A stretch of 50,933 bases of DNA, the filler included, from Basidiobolus ranarum (lineage: Eukaryota), in NCBI GenBank assembly GCA_040143965.1. It is 2 parts of 2 records of this genome, joined end to end, with 100 filler letters (N's around TTAATTAATTAA, not from the genome) between each part and the next. Parts side by side here need not be neighbours in the genome. Positions count along the whole stretch, not along the records: positions 25,650 to 50,933 come from JASJQH010007018.1; 1 more part is not named here. One strand, 5' to 3'. Shown piece after piece: positions 35,411 to 50,933 of this stretch. The stretch's first letter is position 1, and each line of letters begins with the position of its first letter. Made by a program: the position numbers and the translations under genes. The notes below the pieces were generated by a model. That model made no database searches and was not told where the DNA came from. It was given only the letters and a program-made list of their open reading frames with translations.

Positions 35411-38049
35411 CTAATTGGTACTATCTAACAAAGTATAAACATTCAGGTAAAGAGAATCGATGGGGTTTTGAACTAGTCTATCGAAATACTCCGTATTTAA
35501 GTGACCCCACTGGCGATGGATAAGCTTTAAGCGACTTTGCAGAGGGCCCAAATCTACGGCTGATGGTACTACCAACAAAGTTCTATATAGTATGTTAGCA
35601 TACGAATACGGAACATATAGCATGGATCTAAATATACCTTTCAAACTCATCCTTGGAGGTGACTTTGAAAACTGCAATATTTGCTGCGGCGTCAGATCGC
35701 ATGGCTGAAGCAGACACGCCATGGTAAGAAGCTAATGTCTCCTGCAATATATCGAGCGACGATCCTGCCAAATCAACGAGCTTAATCGTACTTTTCCCCT
35801 CATCTTTGCGTTTAATAGCTAATAGATGTTGTGGTGGCATATAGGTTTTGTAGAAGATGAGATTCGTTCTCAGTTTGAACTGGGAATCAAGCTCTAAAAA
35901 CAACAGTTGCAGTTATCCAATATTAATGAGATGTCCAAGAGGTTTCTTACCTTTGTCTTGAGGTGAATAGGAATACTGACAGTGAATATGCTCATCATAG
36001 AAAGAACAAAATACAGGTTCGTTGATTTCATGTTGGACGTGATTGAGAACAGGGATGATACCCCCTTGATGGAAGATTCCAAATATCAAGAATCCAAGAA
36101 TATTGAACAGCACGAAGATCATCTACAGCGTTGCGAGTCAATACAACTGTTATATTTGCAAGTAAAACTTTGATATGTAATAATCATACCCAGAATCCCC
36201 TAGAAGCTGACTTGAGCTTGTCACTCAAGATGAATATGACTGGAAATAATATGGGTAACAGAAATCGAGCCTCCTGGTGCGGCATCAATGAGAGCACCGT
36301 AATCCCGAATAGGACCGAGTAAGCAAAAACTAGATGTAAAGAATGGTTAGTTAGGGAGCTATATAGAGTGTACGGTATTTTGAGTAAAGATCTTGCTCTA
36401 ACAATATCCCCAATCAAATCGTCTTTGATATGAGTCCTGTTCAGACTTGGGATTTGACAACTCGAAAATACCGAAATATCACAGCGATCGTAGTGGCAAA
36501 GTCTTTCATCATATTGTGGAGAACAAACCTGTTTTCAAAAATGTTTCCGAATAATATTTCCTGTTGAAAATCGCAAGGCGGCATTTATTCTCCAAAAGAT
36601 AGGCGAGCGGTCCGAGTAAAAGAGGCGTGTATACCAATAAATGTAGATACCAAGGGTGAAGTCCATGTAATGAAAGGTTTTCTTTGTTCGAGTTGTAGAG
36701 TACATTGTTCAATGGTGTAATAACCAACTCTCCCTGTAAGATTACATTAGTAGAGAGTACGACACCAAGTATGTAAATGTTTACCTTTTTGAAGCTATCC
36801 AGTAATGCAAATGGGTTGAGTAGCAACGGATACAGTTGAGTGACACTCCGTATCTTTAGCGAGCCGAAATATATGGAGTCGATAAGAATCATAGCCAAAC
36901 TAGATAGAGCTAGCCCAACAAATAGCGGAAGAATAGCAACCATGAAGGCGGAAAACTTTGATAGACTGATGTAATTTCGAGTTAAAGGCTTAATCTTTGC
37001 TCAATAAAACTTTAGTAACTTCATACATATTTCTCCGGGGATTGCTAAGTGTTTGGGTTCCAACAGCGTAGAGGTATGCACAACCAATTGGGAAAGCGTA
37101 GATCACAAAAGTAATTCGAGTGAATGATCCTAATGCAAATACGAGTCCAAGGGCTAGAGAAGCCTTTGTTGAGGGAATCTATAATTTAAATGGCTAAGTG
37201 AGGTGACATGGAGATATCACAACTAAACAACACAATGTACCTTGAATGCTGTCGTTGGTACTTTGCCAGCTTGTTTATTGAACTGCGGTATTACAACAGC
37301 CACCTGTAAAATGTACCCACATAACGCTAACAAAATAGCCTCGGTAGCATTTGAAAACGGTCTTGTGAAGTAAACCAATAACGTATATGAAGACGACAAT
37401 ACTATTAAAGTGGGGTAAGGATCTCGTCGATATATCTTAGCCAATCTGAACAAAATAAAGTCTAGAAACCGAGGGATGTTAGATGTCATAAGATGGAAAT
37501 TTAGGGTACTTCAGTTACTTACCAAAAGCGAAGCTGAATAGTGCGAATGGCAGTCTTTCGGCGATCAATAGTGTGATTGTATTGATTGGAAGCACTTGAA
37601 TAATGTAAGTGAGATAATCGGTGCTTTCAGTGGTTCTAAATTGCAACTTACTATTGAATCCGTATTGATTTAATGTGTTGTGCAAATATTTAAGAATTGC
37701 AAAAGGAATCCCATTTACGAGAGCACTTCAGGAAAATATAGGTCAATTCATAATGCATATCAGTGGTTAAAAACCAAATTCATGTGAATAATAGCTTACG
37801 GAATGACAATCGAGCGGCAAGGCCATGTAGCATTGTATTCCCATGGCTTAAATATTTCAAAATGAAAGATGTCACCTAATCCACAGAAACTAAGTCAGTT
37901 CTTTGTAACCAATATTTCGAAGTCGGGAATATACCTGCAACTATTTCTGGTGTTTGGAAAAACTCATCTGGATGTATGTAGCCAGGTAAGAATATACATA
38001 ATATTCGAAGTATGACCAAAGAGGTATACCAAGTGCGTTGGCATATCAT
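35411..38049 (-). CDS. SMP3: GPI mannosyltransferase 4 (PIG-Z/SMP3, GT22), multi-exon
   Basis: [31 protein letters not shown]...[33 protein letters not shown]. Confidence 0.93.
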
Positions 38050-38438
38050 TTCGTATTGACCAAGAGTTGAGTTCAAATTATTATTCACGTAGAATTTATG
38101 AAGAATCATGACTATCAATTGTCTCGCATTTTTATAAAAAATAGCTACAAATGAATCAATCTTATGTCTCACCAGTGACGTCAAAAGTTTACTTGGTCAA
38201 TACGTTTTACTTTACCCGAAGCGCCACTATTGACTTTATATTTTTTGTAAAATATCGATTATTCAACCAAATATCGGGTTTCAGCTAAAGATATATAATT
38301 AGCAACTCATTGTTAGGTTCTACTTCACACTTGCTTCTCGCGATAAAGCTTAAATTTCATAGCTTTATTTGGTACAATGATCTAGACTATATATTGTGAC
38401 ACTAAAGTGACGGGCTCAACTATACGTTGATTTCTAAA

Positions 38439-40650
38439 ATGTCTACAAACACCTATATTTACCAAAAGACAATAGGAATTGGCAGCTCATGTCGAGTAAA
38501 ACTATGCAAAAAGGAGCGAACTGACAAGGAACTAGAATATGTAGTCGTTAAAGAAGTACCTTTGAAACATGTGGACACAGGACATGGCCATGAAAAACTA
38601 TTTCAGGAATCTAACATCCTAGCTTCTGTATCTCATCCTAATATCATTGGATATAAAGAATCGTTCATAGAAAATGACTGCTTATGCATCGTTACAGAAT
38701 ATGCCGAAGGAGGTAGAACGACTTCTGATCAACAACTTGAAATCCTCATGTCTAATCTTCGAAAATAGGGGATTTACATGCGTTAATAAAGAAAAGTAGA
38801 AGATACTTTGAAGAAGATCAGATCATGAGCTGGTTTACACAGATTGCTCTTGCTTTAAGTCATATTCATAATATGAATATCATCCATCGTGGTTGGTATC
38901 AGCCTGTTAACTTTGGCCTTTATTTAACGTAGAATTTAACTTTCCTTCTATAGATGTCAAAACGCAGAACATATTCTTGACGAATATGCAAAAAAGAATC
39001 AAGGTCGGTGACTTTGGAATATCGCGTATTTTGAAGGGTGCTGAAAAAGCCCGAACAATGATAGGCAAGACACTATTGCTCACCATATTCTAGTTTATTG
39101 CACTTTGTTGATATTCATTTCAATTGATTAGGTACCCCTTATTATATGAGCCCGGAGGTATATCAAAACAAACCATATCCTTTAACTCGCCTATAAGTGA
39201 GTCTTTGAAACTCTGATTGTTGCCACTTCCTTAACGTAAATACTTATGACCAAAAGACTGACGTTTGGGCACTTGGATGTGTTCTGGTAAAGCGATATAT
39301 TTAAGACCCTTAACTGTCTGAATCTTAATCATAAATAATGATTTTATAGTACGAGTTGTGCTCCCTACGACACCCCTTCGTTGCCAAGGATATCAAAGCC
39401 TTGGTAGTCAGGATATCTGAAGACAATTATCCACCGTTACCCAGGTATTGCCTTTTGCGTACATCTATACTACATGTGATACTCAAGCCCATTAGTCAGT
39501 ACTCTTCAGACATAAGATACTTAGTGTCTTGGATGTTGAGCTATGATGCAGAAAAAAGACCCAATATTCGTGACATCTTAAATACAACCTACGTAAAATA
39601 TCATTTGAACAGACTCTACAACACATCTTGGTTTGCTACTACTCAAAAGGCTTTTGCTCAGGTTATTACTACACATATGATCAACTTCAGCTTTAGTCTT
39701 AACCATGCTTGTATAGGAGTCCAAGTCCGACCCTCCTAATCCAATGTTGACTGTCATTTCAAAGTATATATAGTTCAATACTATTTAGGGAAATGTTCTC
39801 CAAGTGACCTTATTTTGTAGGATCCCAAAAAATCCGAACATGTCCAACTCCTCTTTAAACAAGCCAAAAAGAATCATTTATGTAGATAGAAGCATATAAT
39901 TATTTTAATTTGACATAGAATGTACTAAATCAATTACCTGAAGAGGAATAGTACATTAACCGACACCTCCATGTGAGTAGAACCTCCAGCAATATCTTCA
40001 ATGTTATGCAGTGTCACTAATAGCCATCAATAGAAATCAACCACTCCAAATCTCTATTCCATCTGATTTATCCAACTTATCACTTGTATGTATATGTGTT
40101 GGCAATCTTTCAAGTTGACCGTACTATAGCTCACCATTAGCCCAAGCAAGATGCATTAGGTTCGACAAGGACGAGGATCCCCACCTCTATCAAATCAGGG
40201 GTGTCTGACGCTTCAGTATATAAAGATTCGCAAACCGAAGAGTACATGTAACGATATCATTTCCTTGTTGATTTCTATCATTAACATATTGAGGAAGATT
40301 TTTAGGACATCTTAAGCTTCTTCGTATATCGGAGGCAGTCGTGGAATCTCTAAATATCACACCAGATGACTCCATATACACGTGTGTTCAGACGTTGAAA
40401 GACTATCTGGAACATGTTCTGGGAACAAGCAAGGTTCTACAAGGCTACCGATATGTCATTAAATCCATGATGAAATTCAAAACCGTTAACAAAGCGGAAT
40501 TAAGGAAAAAATTAGGAGGACATCCTATGAAATTGAAGACTGCTGAATTGATTATCTTACTAGGTATGTGAAGATTAATTCATTCTAGAATATGTTGATC
40601 GCTAAATGGGCGCCTTAGTTTATTCCGAGGAGAAAGCTTACCACGTATAG
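38439..40650 (+). CDS. NIMA-related (NEK1/4/5-like) Ser/Thr kinase
   Basis: VVKEV, HPNII, EYAEGGDL, HRDVKTQNIFL, DFGISR, GTPYYMSPE, KP|YDQKTDVWALGC. C-terminal LKDYLEHVLG helical domain. Confidence 0.9.
39175..39243 (+). other. Canonical AT-AC (U12-type) intron in the NEK kinase
   Basis: CC|ATATCCTTT...TTCCTTAACGTAAATAC|T TAT. Consensus U12 donor and branch point, and an in-frame TAA inside the intron. Confidence 0.95.
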
Positions 40651-41356
40651 ACAATTATTAACTCGAAAGTACTTTGGAATCAATACATCTTGTGGACATG
40701 TTTTATATACTGGCGACAGTTCGTACTACATTTTATGGTTTCTTTGAAAGAATAGCAAATAAACATCTCCCAAGATCCATTCTTGCAACCAACACACTGG
40801 AATATTTGTGAACTAAAAAGATTATAAGGAACACAAACCCCAATACAGCAGCCATTGAACGAGCGTTGATTTTCCACCTAAACGATCATTGGAAGCGAAT
40901 GTGGTTTGGGAAAGTGTTGTCAAATGTGAAGAACGTTTTGCTGTCTGGTTTGTTATTTGCCAACCAGTGATAGGATACGCCTTTTCTTTGGCCTATCACT
41001 TTTGGAGGCATTCGCGTAACAATCATCTGTAACGGATTTCTGTGTTGGTAAAGTGATGATTCAAATAAAGCCCAAAGAGAAATGCTTAAATCGGGTTTCA
41101 CGCATGTTTTGGTAAAGATTATCGTGTATTACCACCACCTATGTCAGACAACCAAGCCATCAAAAATCTGGATAATTTCAAAGATAATCTAAATTGGTTC
41201 AAATTACAACCTTTATTTTAGATCGATGCTGGCAGTTACAGTAATGCAAGAAAATGATGTCGCTTCCGAGCCCAATATGTCATGTATGAGTTGGGGGAAA
41301 CCAGGTTTGGGATGGTTGGATAAATATTGTGCTGTTTATACATTGACAATGACGAT

Positions 41357-42702
41357 CTACTGCAAGAAGCGCATAGCAAATTCAAAACTAAATCGAAGAT
41401 GTTAGTTCATTGCAATTGAATTACTTGAAGAGAAAAAACTTACCCAACAAAAGTGGCCGCATTAGCTGGAGCAGCACGAATAATACATGGAGCAATACCA
41501 CGGAAGAAGCCAGCCGCACCTTCATGAGCGAAAGTCTTACGAGCGCAGTCAATCATGGATTTGTACTTCTGGGAGGCAGAATCGAAACTATCAGTCTGAA
41601 GTTTGGATTTGATAATATCCTACGTGAAAGTCAACGGTCAGTTACTAATAGTAGAGACGTTACTAAGTATATGCGATACTTACAATAGGATAGATTGTCA
41701 ACCACATAGCATAACCAGCGGCAGCACCAAAGGTACACACTTTCCAGGTAGGAAGTTGATCTCTAGCTTTGTTCTCTGCTTGCATAGCACGTTGAACCAA
41801 GTACTCATAAGCAAGGAAGTAGGCACCATAACCTTGGAACTCACGGATCATAGTGGCGACTTGACCTTTATAGATACCACGAAGACCATGTGATTTATAA
41901 ATCTTTTGGATACAGTCAACAGGTCCTGTATAAAAGACCTTAGAGGGAACTTGAGAACCAGCACCACTTGCAATAGCAGGAGCACTAGAAGTTTGGACTT
42001 GTAAGCGAGTACGGATGTGTTCAACAGGACCTACAAATATTGTTAACTAACTAGAATTTAAGATGGAAGCAAGTAGAGAGATTTTACCAGAAACAATCGA
42101 GTTAGCTACACCAGAAGCGGCACCGGCAACATACAATTGTGAAAGAGAAAGCATGTTCGATTCAGCACCCTTACCGGACCTTCTGTTGATGTCAGTATAA
42201 GTACGCTTAACAGCTTCAAGTACGAGAAATTGAATAGAAACACAAGCACCAACACCGACAAGGGGAGTGGTGGTTCCCTATTTTTGAAACAGCTAATTAA
42301 TACGAAGTTCGAGAGAGAGTAATTTAACATATCACCTACCTTGTAGAAACCAGCAAATCCTTCTTTGGCAATAGTTTGTTTGACACAGTCAATAGTACCT
42401 TTGTACAAAGGAGCAGCACCAGGAGCGGGAGTTGGTTGAGTTTGAAGTCTCTACATGTGCAATAACATATTTAACCAAATGTTTGAGGTCACTGAATGCT
42501 TATATAGTTCACATACCACTTTGACAGTATCAAAAGGCTATTCGAAAGACAACAAAAGTAGGAAAGAAACCAATTAATCAACAATCTTAAAGTTTTAGCA
42601 AGCTAATGAGATTACCTGGCCAGCAAAAACTTGAAGAATACCACCAGCAGAACCTGCAACGCAGTCCTTAACAGCACGCATGGAGTCTTCGTTTTTAGTC
42701 AT
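41357..42702 (-). CDS. Mitochondrial carrier (SLC25), Ymc1/Ymc2-ornithine/carnitine carrier clade
   Basis: [75 protein letters not shown]. Confidence 0.92.
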
Positions 42703-44265
42703 TGTTAAATACTGTATCAAGAGGCGGGAAGTGATTTAGATAGCTATAAATAAACTCAGCGCGATCAATACGAATTGGGCAGAGACTCGTTTTATAAGTG
42801 AGATCAGGGCAAGAGCTGATTGGACAAAAGATAATGGGTAAAAAAAAGATATACTGTTAAGATTGGTCAACATTGTGTGAGCAAAGTTGACCAATTTGGT
42901 TAGAGTAATGAAGAAAATTTAGGCATGCATTACCCAAGATGAGATTTGGGAGTAAGCAGTCGAGACCGTGTGATCAAAGATCTCAATAATTATCAGCTAT
43001 ATTCTATAGATACGGAGTAAAAGCTAAAGAGACGGTAAGATTAACCAAACCTTATTTCACAGAAGATGCGAATAAACCCGGTGAATAGATTTGATTTGAT
43101 TAGATGAGATATACCATCCACACAATTCTGATGAACAAGTAGAAATATATAGGATTCCACTCATCCTTCACAGTGCTCCATCTATTGTAGATAAATCTAA
43201 ATCCGTAATCTATGTCTTCTCCTAGGAAGCCTGCCTTACCTACACATTTCCATTTCAAGAGAAGTCTATTAATTCTGTCTCACTCGGTGGCCTCTTGATT
43301 GGTTGATTTGCGTGCTTCCCAGAGAAATTATCATAGTACGAGATGGAATAGGCAATATGTTTCGATTACCATAAATTGAGTGATTCCATTTATATATATA
43401 CATAGTTGGAGTCAGCTCTGTTGTCACAAATCAAGCATGCTTTAGATCTACTGTTAAAAATCGTGGTTTCGTGATCTATAGTAGTAAGAACAACTGAAGC
43501 ACTAACTATAGATTTCTAGTGTCCTCAAACACAAGATACTATCGAGGCAGATTATCTTTTTGTACATTACACCCTGATTCTCTATCTCATCGACCAATGA
43601 AACTCTGCTCACAAGGATTAGTTAGCCATTATTCACTTTGATAATTTGTTGCTCATATCTACCGCTGACTTATTGGCCATATATGTAGAAGAGCAGATCA
43701 CTATCTTAGCCAAATCCAACGTATAGGGTGGTATTGTGGGAGTAAGGATGTCTATTGGAATCTGATGTACATATGGTTTCAATGATCTCGCTCTGAAACT
43801 ATAGCAATCAGTCTTCACCTCACTCTGGCCAAGTATTATAATAATGTGAGTATTGGCGTCGTATTCATTGGCTTCAAAGCAATGGGTATCGTTGTCATAA
43901 TGCACTCATATGACAATCCTTGAAGTTCTGCTTATTTGGTCATGCATAAAAAAATATCATGTTTTCATGCGATAGTTCGAAGTGAATTGACATAATTAAT
44001 TGTTGGCAGTATATCTCTTCATATGCTGTACGGAAACCAATTTATTTCTTTGCCAACCTTCAATGTTTTGGGACTAAAAGGGTTATATTGAGTACACTGA
44101 TAAGTCGAGCACCCCTCGTATAGCAAATATATCGATGTTGATTTTTTTCATTTGAAAGTCATTACTGTAAGTCACTTCGTTGTCGAGTTTCGAATTATAC
44201 GTTCTATGGAAACCAATTGCGAATAATGTAGGTTGCATATATTACTGTACATTATTCTTCGGAAG

Positions 44266-45582
44266 CTAATCACTAAAAAGTACAATATCTGTGTCACAAA
44301 GTTCCTCTACTGATTTGACTGTCTTAATTGCAGATGCTTTCTTCAGAGTATCTGAGCATCCTTGAAGGATACTCCTGGAGACGGCGGCAACGTTCTCTGG
44401 ATAAGTAACAGTTTTGAACCAATTTCTAACATCTTCTTCAGGGTAGCCAAGTTGTTTCATGACAAATTCCACCGACTTTGTTTCTTTATGGTGAACGAAC
44501 CAGCGAGTAGCTTCGTTTACAGCAGCCAAAAATTGTTTGACCGTACGCTGATGAGTCTTTAGAGTGGTGACATTTGCACCAATGTAGAAAGAAGGCCAAG
44601 GTGGAACAACTTGACCGATTTTTTTGACTTTTCCTGCATCATAATACGGCTGAGAATGGTTTCATTCGATTAATAATCAATCTAGATGGAGATGCATACT
44701 TGGGGCTATATTACCTTGGTTGTAAAGACTTCCCATAGGAATGCATCGGCGCTGCCATCATTAACTCCAGCGATGAGACCATCAATATTATTAAGTATTT
44801 CAAAATCCAATGGGGTTGTTTGACCTCCTTCAAACCACCCTTTGGTGTCAGCCAAGTATAAACTCATTACGTGACTGCCACTACCTATTCTACTGATGCC
44901 TATAGTTCCATTCTTAAGGGTATCCTCAGAAGTATGCTTGGAATTAACGCCTGCAGAAATAGCCCAGCCTAAATTGCACATCCCGTGGTTAATGCTGAGA
45001 ATTTTGATAGCAACCTAATGGATGTCAAAAACTTACAAAGAGGTGACTCGACGTAGGTACCAATAATCTTAACTTGATCAGCACCATTGGAGATACCTAA
45101 ATAGGTCATATAAGATTTTCTATTATTACTAACGAGCAAACTACGGCTTCATACCAGCAGTCACTCCCTCGGCAACCATCATAGCGATATCCAGTGAGCC
45201 ATCTTTTAACATAGCGAGCATCTATGTGATACAAAAGAGTCAGAAGAGCGAGTGAGGAAAATTTCGATAAAAACTTTGTTTACTTTTCCAGTACCCTCTT
45301 TGAACACGAAAGAGATTACACGTTAGTTAAGCCTCATTGCTCCAAGATTCAAGGAATAACTTACCAGGCACCGAGACAAGCTCAACTTCGACATCTCTAC
45401 GCTTGAAGTATCCGTCTTGCTGAGCAATATGAAGAGGGCAGCTAAAGTGTTCAGGAACTGTTATGGTTCATTATATTAGAAGAAAAGTAAAATTTATCCT
45501 TGAATTAATATTGAAGTCTGTGGGCTCCGAGTGAAAGAAACTTACCACAGCCTACTCGCAAAATATGTGTAGGATTGACCAT
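44266..45582 (-). CDS. Type 2 periplasmic-binding-fold protein, Ca3427/NMT1-THI5-like
   Basis: LRVGCVPEHFSCPL, PEGTGKM, GTYVESPLCWAIS, IGISRIGSGSHVMS, ADAFLWEVFTTKPY, PPWPSF. Confidence 0.85.
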
Positions 45583-47021
45583 TCTTAATGAAAATCAGAT
45601 AGTAGCCTGAGGATTTAGTGAAGTACCACCAAGGTGTTGGATATATACGAGAAATGCAAAAATTTAACTTCCCGATGCCCCGAAGTAATCCAATCATTTT
45701 AGTTCCGCGATTTGATTGTGGAGACCAAATCCTATGTCCGAAATCAAGTTTTCTTAGTAATCTTAAACGAGTACTAATAGCTCATTGGGTTAGTTTCGAC
45801 GTGAAATATACCTGCGGTGATGGAGCAGTTTACCAGAGAAAACAATCTTATGAGCCACTCCTTAGCTGCTTTATAATCAAAAAGACGATACACATATGCA
45901 CACTGATTATACACTGAAGATACTACTCAAAACTATTAATCACTACTGATAAGATTGCCACACACTGTGCCGATTTGGAGCTCTTAACTTTCACTGGTCA
46001 AGCATTTGAATCATAGCGAGATGGCGTGATCTAGCAACTCAGTCCATATTGGGGAACTTGCCACTTGGAGATCTCAATTCTCCACTCGCATGAATATCAT
46101 TTGATCTAACCAATGCAGAAGCGATCTACTAATCAACTATCCATGCCGGTTAAATCTTGATGAGCATAAAGCAATCATGTCTACCTTGCAAGCCTTCCAA
46201 ATAAAATGAGGGATATTCTTGACCAAGTTGGAGTTAAGACTTGTAGAATTTGGAAGTTGTCTGCTTTTCAAGGATTTTGAGAGTTTGTCTTCCTCCATAT
46301 AGGGAACTTGTGCTCCCACTCTTTAGATTGTATGATGGCCAGGGGTTATTATTATAACGAAAGGTGATGGTATGCTTCTAATTCTGCAAAATATAAAAGT
46401 CCGTCTACCTAATAGGGATTATCCCGTGGCAAAGATATTCCGGGATCACAGCCATACTCATATCTTATGAAAGCTCTGTATGGCATTTAATACGGAGAAC
46501 ACCACACATGATATATTAATATGCTGATTCTTGATATGACACGATAAGGCTCAATCGCAGCTAAAATGAGATGCGTAGAGTCAACCCATAGGTCTTTTCG
46601 ATCTTTAAATAGTGTGAACTAACAGGTACCTGTAATGCCAACTCAGCATTCCCATTATTATGAATCCGCGAAATTCAGTTTCAAGACCTCATGTTTACCC
46701 AATCACTATGTTATTAATTCCCAACCCTAACAAATGTACTCATGCACTTCATTCGACTCTTGAGGATCTGCTTCACTTTCACGTGTGCCATCAACTCTGG
46801 CGGACTAAATATTACAACGATTTCCCAGTATTGAGACTTCATGTATTTATTAAGTGAAAATGTACTCTGAAATTTCAAATGGTTATCGAAAACCGGCCAT
46901 CATGTCATTATAGTGTACATGGGATAGATTGTGAAGTATTAAGTCTAGTAATTCGAGTTATCCCAATTTAAACCATATTTTAACCACATCTAGTGGATAT
47001 GATGAGCAGAATAGATCCACC

Positions 47022-50704
<3,683 letters not shown>

Positions 50705-50933
50705 CGGATGCGGAACGATCGAATACTTTAAGGCTAGGAGTTCTTCACAACAACCACGATAATTTCAATTCTGTTAATCGAAAAACCTCACTGAGGTTTC
50801 GAACTTTGAGTTGTCACACCAAGGTTTCAAGGTTCCTAGTTGTTACTATGTGAAGTACTACTCAGATAATTTAATGCTAGAGAGATTGACAAGAAGTGAC
50901 GGCTAGGTTTAGGAGAGCAAGGCGATACTCTAT

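Noticed and set aside
46137-46319. KNIPHFIWKAC resembling a LINE zf-RVT or glycosyltransferase motif
   Set aside because: A single short motif with no supporting context.

Overview
AT-rich, gene-dense eukaryotic DNA with many short introns, typical of an early-diverging fungus. A Basidiobolus/Zoopagomycota-like origin is my inference, not a determination. About 15 protein genes are present: the 5' end of an ethylene-receptor-like (ETR1-type) sensor that the ORF track misses, a Cys-rich unknown protein, an intronless bacterial-type GH13_5 alpha-amylase (HGT candidate, probably Ca-independent), RIT1, CYP51, NDUFS7/PSST, NMD3, MTR3, an RFX transcription factor, a START-domain protein, an AZUL-HECT E3 ligase, PIG-Z/SMP3, a NEK kinase, a mitochondrial carrier, a Ca3427/NMT1-like binding protein and a DPP4/DAP2 peptidase. 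Two AT-AC (U12, minor spliceosome) introns, a GC-AG intron and 8-14 nt microexons can be read directly. A nested LTR-retrotransposon graveyard (solo LTR with 5-bp TSD, Ty3/gypsy integrase relic, tRNA-like cassette next to an LTR-like terminus) abuts an artificial 100-bp N/TTAATTAATTAA gap at 25550-25649, so linkage across that point is unverified. Gene ends were inferred by hand-splicing, and family assignments come from recalled motifs, not database searches.
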